Position numbers and translations under genes: made by a program. DNA of 63,184 bases, counting the filler, from Stramenopiles sp. TOSAG23-2 (Eukaryota), in the NCBI GenBank assembly GCA_900128395.1. It is 9 parts of 9 records of this genome, joined end to end, with 100 filler letters (N's around TTAATTAATTAA, not from the genome) between each part and the next. Parts side by side here need not be neighbours in the genome. Positions count along the whole stretch, not along the records: positions 61,658 to 63,184 come from LT652746.1; 8 more parts are not named here. One strand, given 5' to 3'. The notes beneath the pieces were generated by a model. That model was not told the origin of the DNA, made no database searches, and saw nothing but the letters and a program-made list of their open reading frames with translations. Positions 62,787-63,184 of the stretch are shown here, one piece after another; positions within the stretch are counted from its first letter, which is position 1, and every line of letters starts with the position of its first letter.

Positions 62787-63184
62787 AGGGAAAAATGTTA
62801 TAGCTATAATTGCATGGATGCCATCCTGATGTTTTTTGATATTTGGTGTTGGAATTTCACCTTATATATTTCACCCTCCGATTACGGCTCCAAGAAAGAT
62901 AGTTTTTGACCAAAACAAAAATTTTAGACAAATTTTGAGTTGGCATTTTATCCATTAAAAACAAAAAAAACATACCCACATGGATAATAACAATTGTATC
63001 AGAAATACATCTAAATATCAATAGTTACCGATACAGAGTATGTTTACAAGATCGGATATTATATTAGTGTCTAAACATTCATACATAAATGGTACAATCT
63101 GGAACATAATCCAACATTTCTGTGTGTGAATATCAAAATGACACATATAGGTAAACTTATACTTGAAAGGGACATTAGAATATC

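Noticed and set aside
51792..63184. Apparent defence-like cluster (Sel1, thioredoxin, cyclase, LRR)
   Set aside because: The genes are on separate length-sorted contigs, so there is no evidence of linkage.
1..63184. tRNA or rRNA genes, spliceosomal introns, alternative genetic code
   Set aside because: None recognised by eye; conserved proteins translate full length in the standard code. tRNAscan-SE, Infernal and RNA-seq would be needed to exclude small RNAs and short introns.

Overview
AT-rich, apparently intron-free eukaryotic DNA. The gene content (myosin, PCF11, COMMD3, MOGS, ciliary-type proteins) suggests a heterotrophic flagellated protist, probably a stramenopile (inference). The window is not one locus. 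It is nine contigs joined by artificial 100-nt N spacers containing TTAATTAATTAA: two of about 25.8 kb (1-25870, 25971-51791) and seven of 1527-1528 nt. One small contig (58404-59930) is GC-richer and is probably a contaminant. Best leads: (1) an APC/KimA-like transporter with three cNMP-type GAF domains inserted, plus an IQ motif (115-4554); (2) a bacterial polymorphic-toxin-type (YwqJ-like) deaminase with an SV40-like NLS (16116-16820); (3) LRR and Sel1 arrays with near-invariant scaffolds and hypervariable surface positions; (4) a MITE with TIRs and a TSD, and several dispersed intergenic elements that sort by gene orientation (CCAG/AGC-rich repeats upstream of genes, TACG/CGTA motifs and a 42-bp element at 3' ends). 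All family assignments come from motif recognition by eye; no searches were run.
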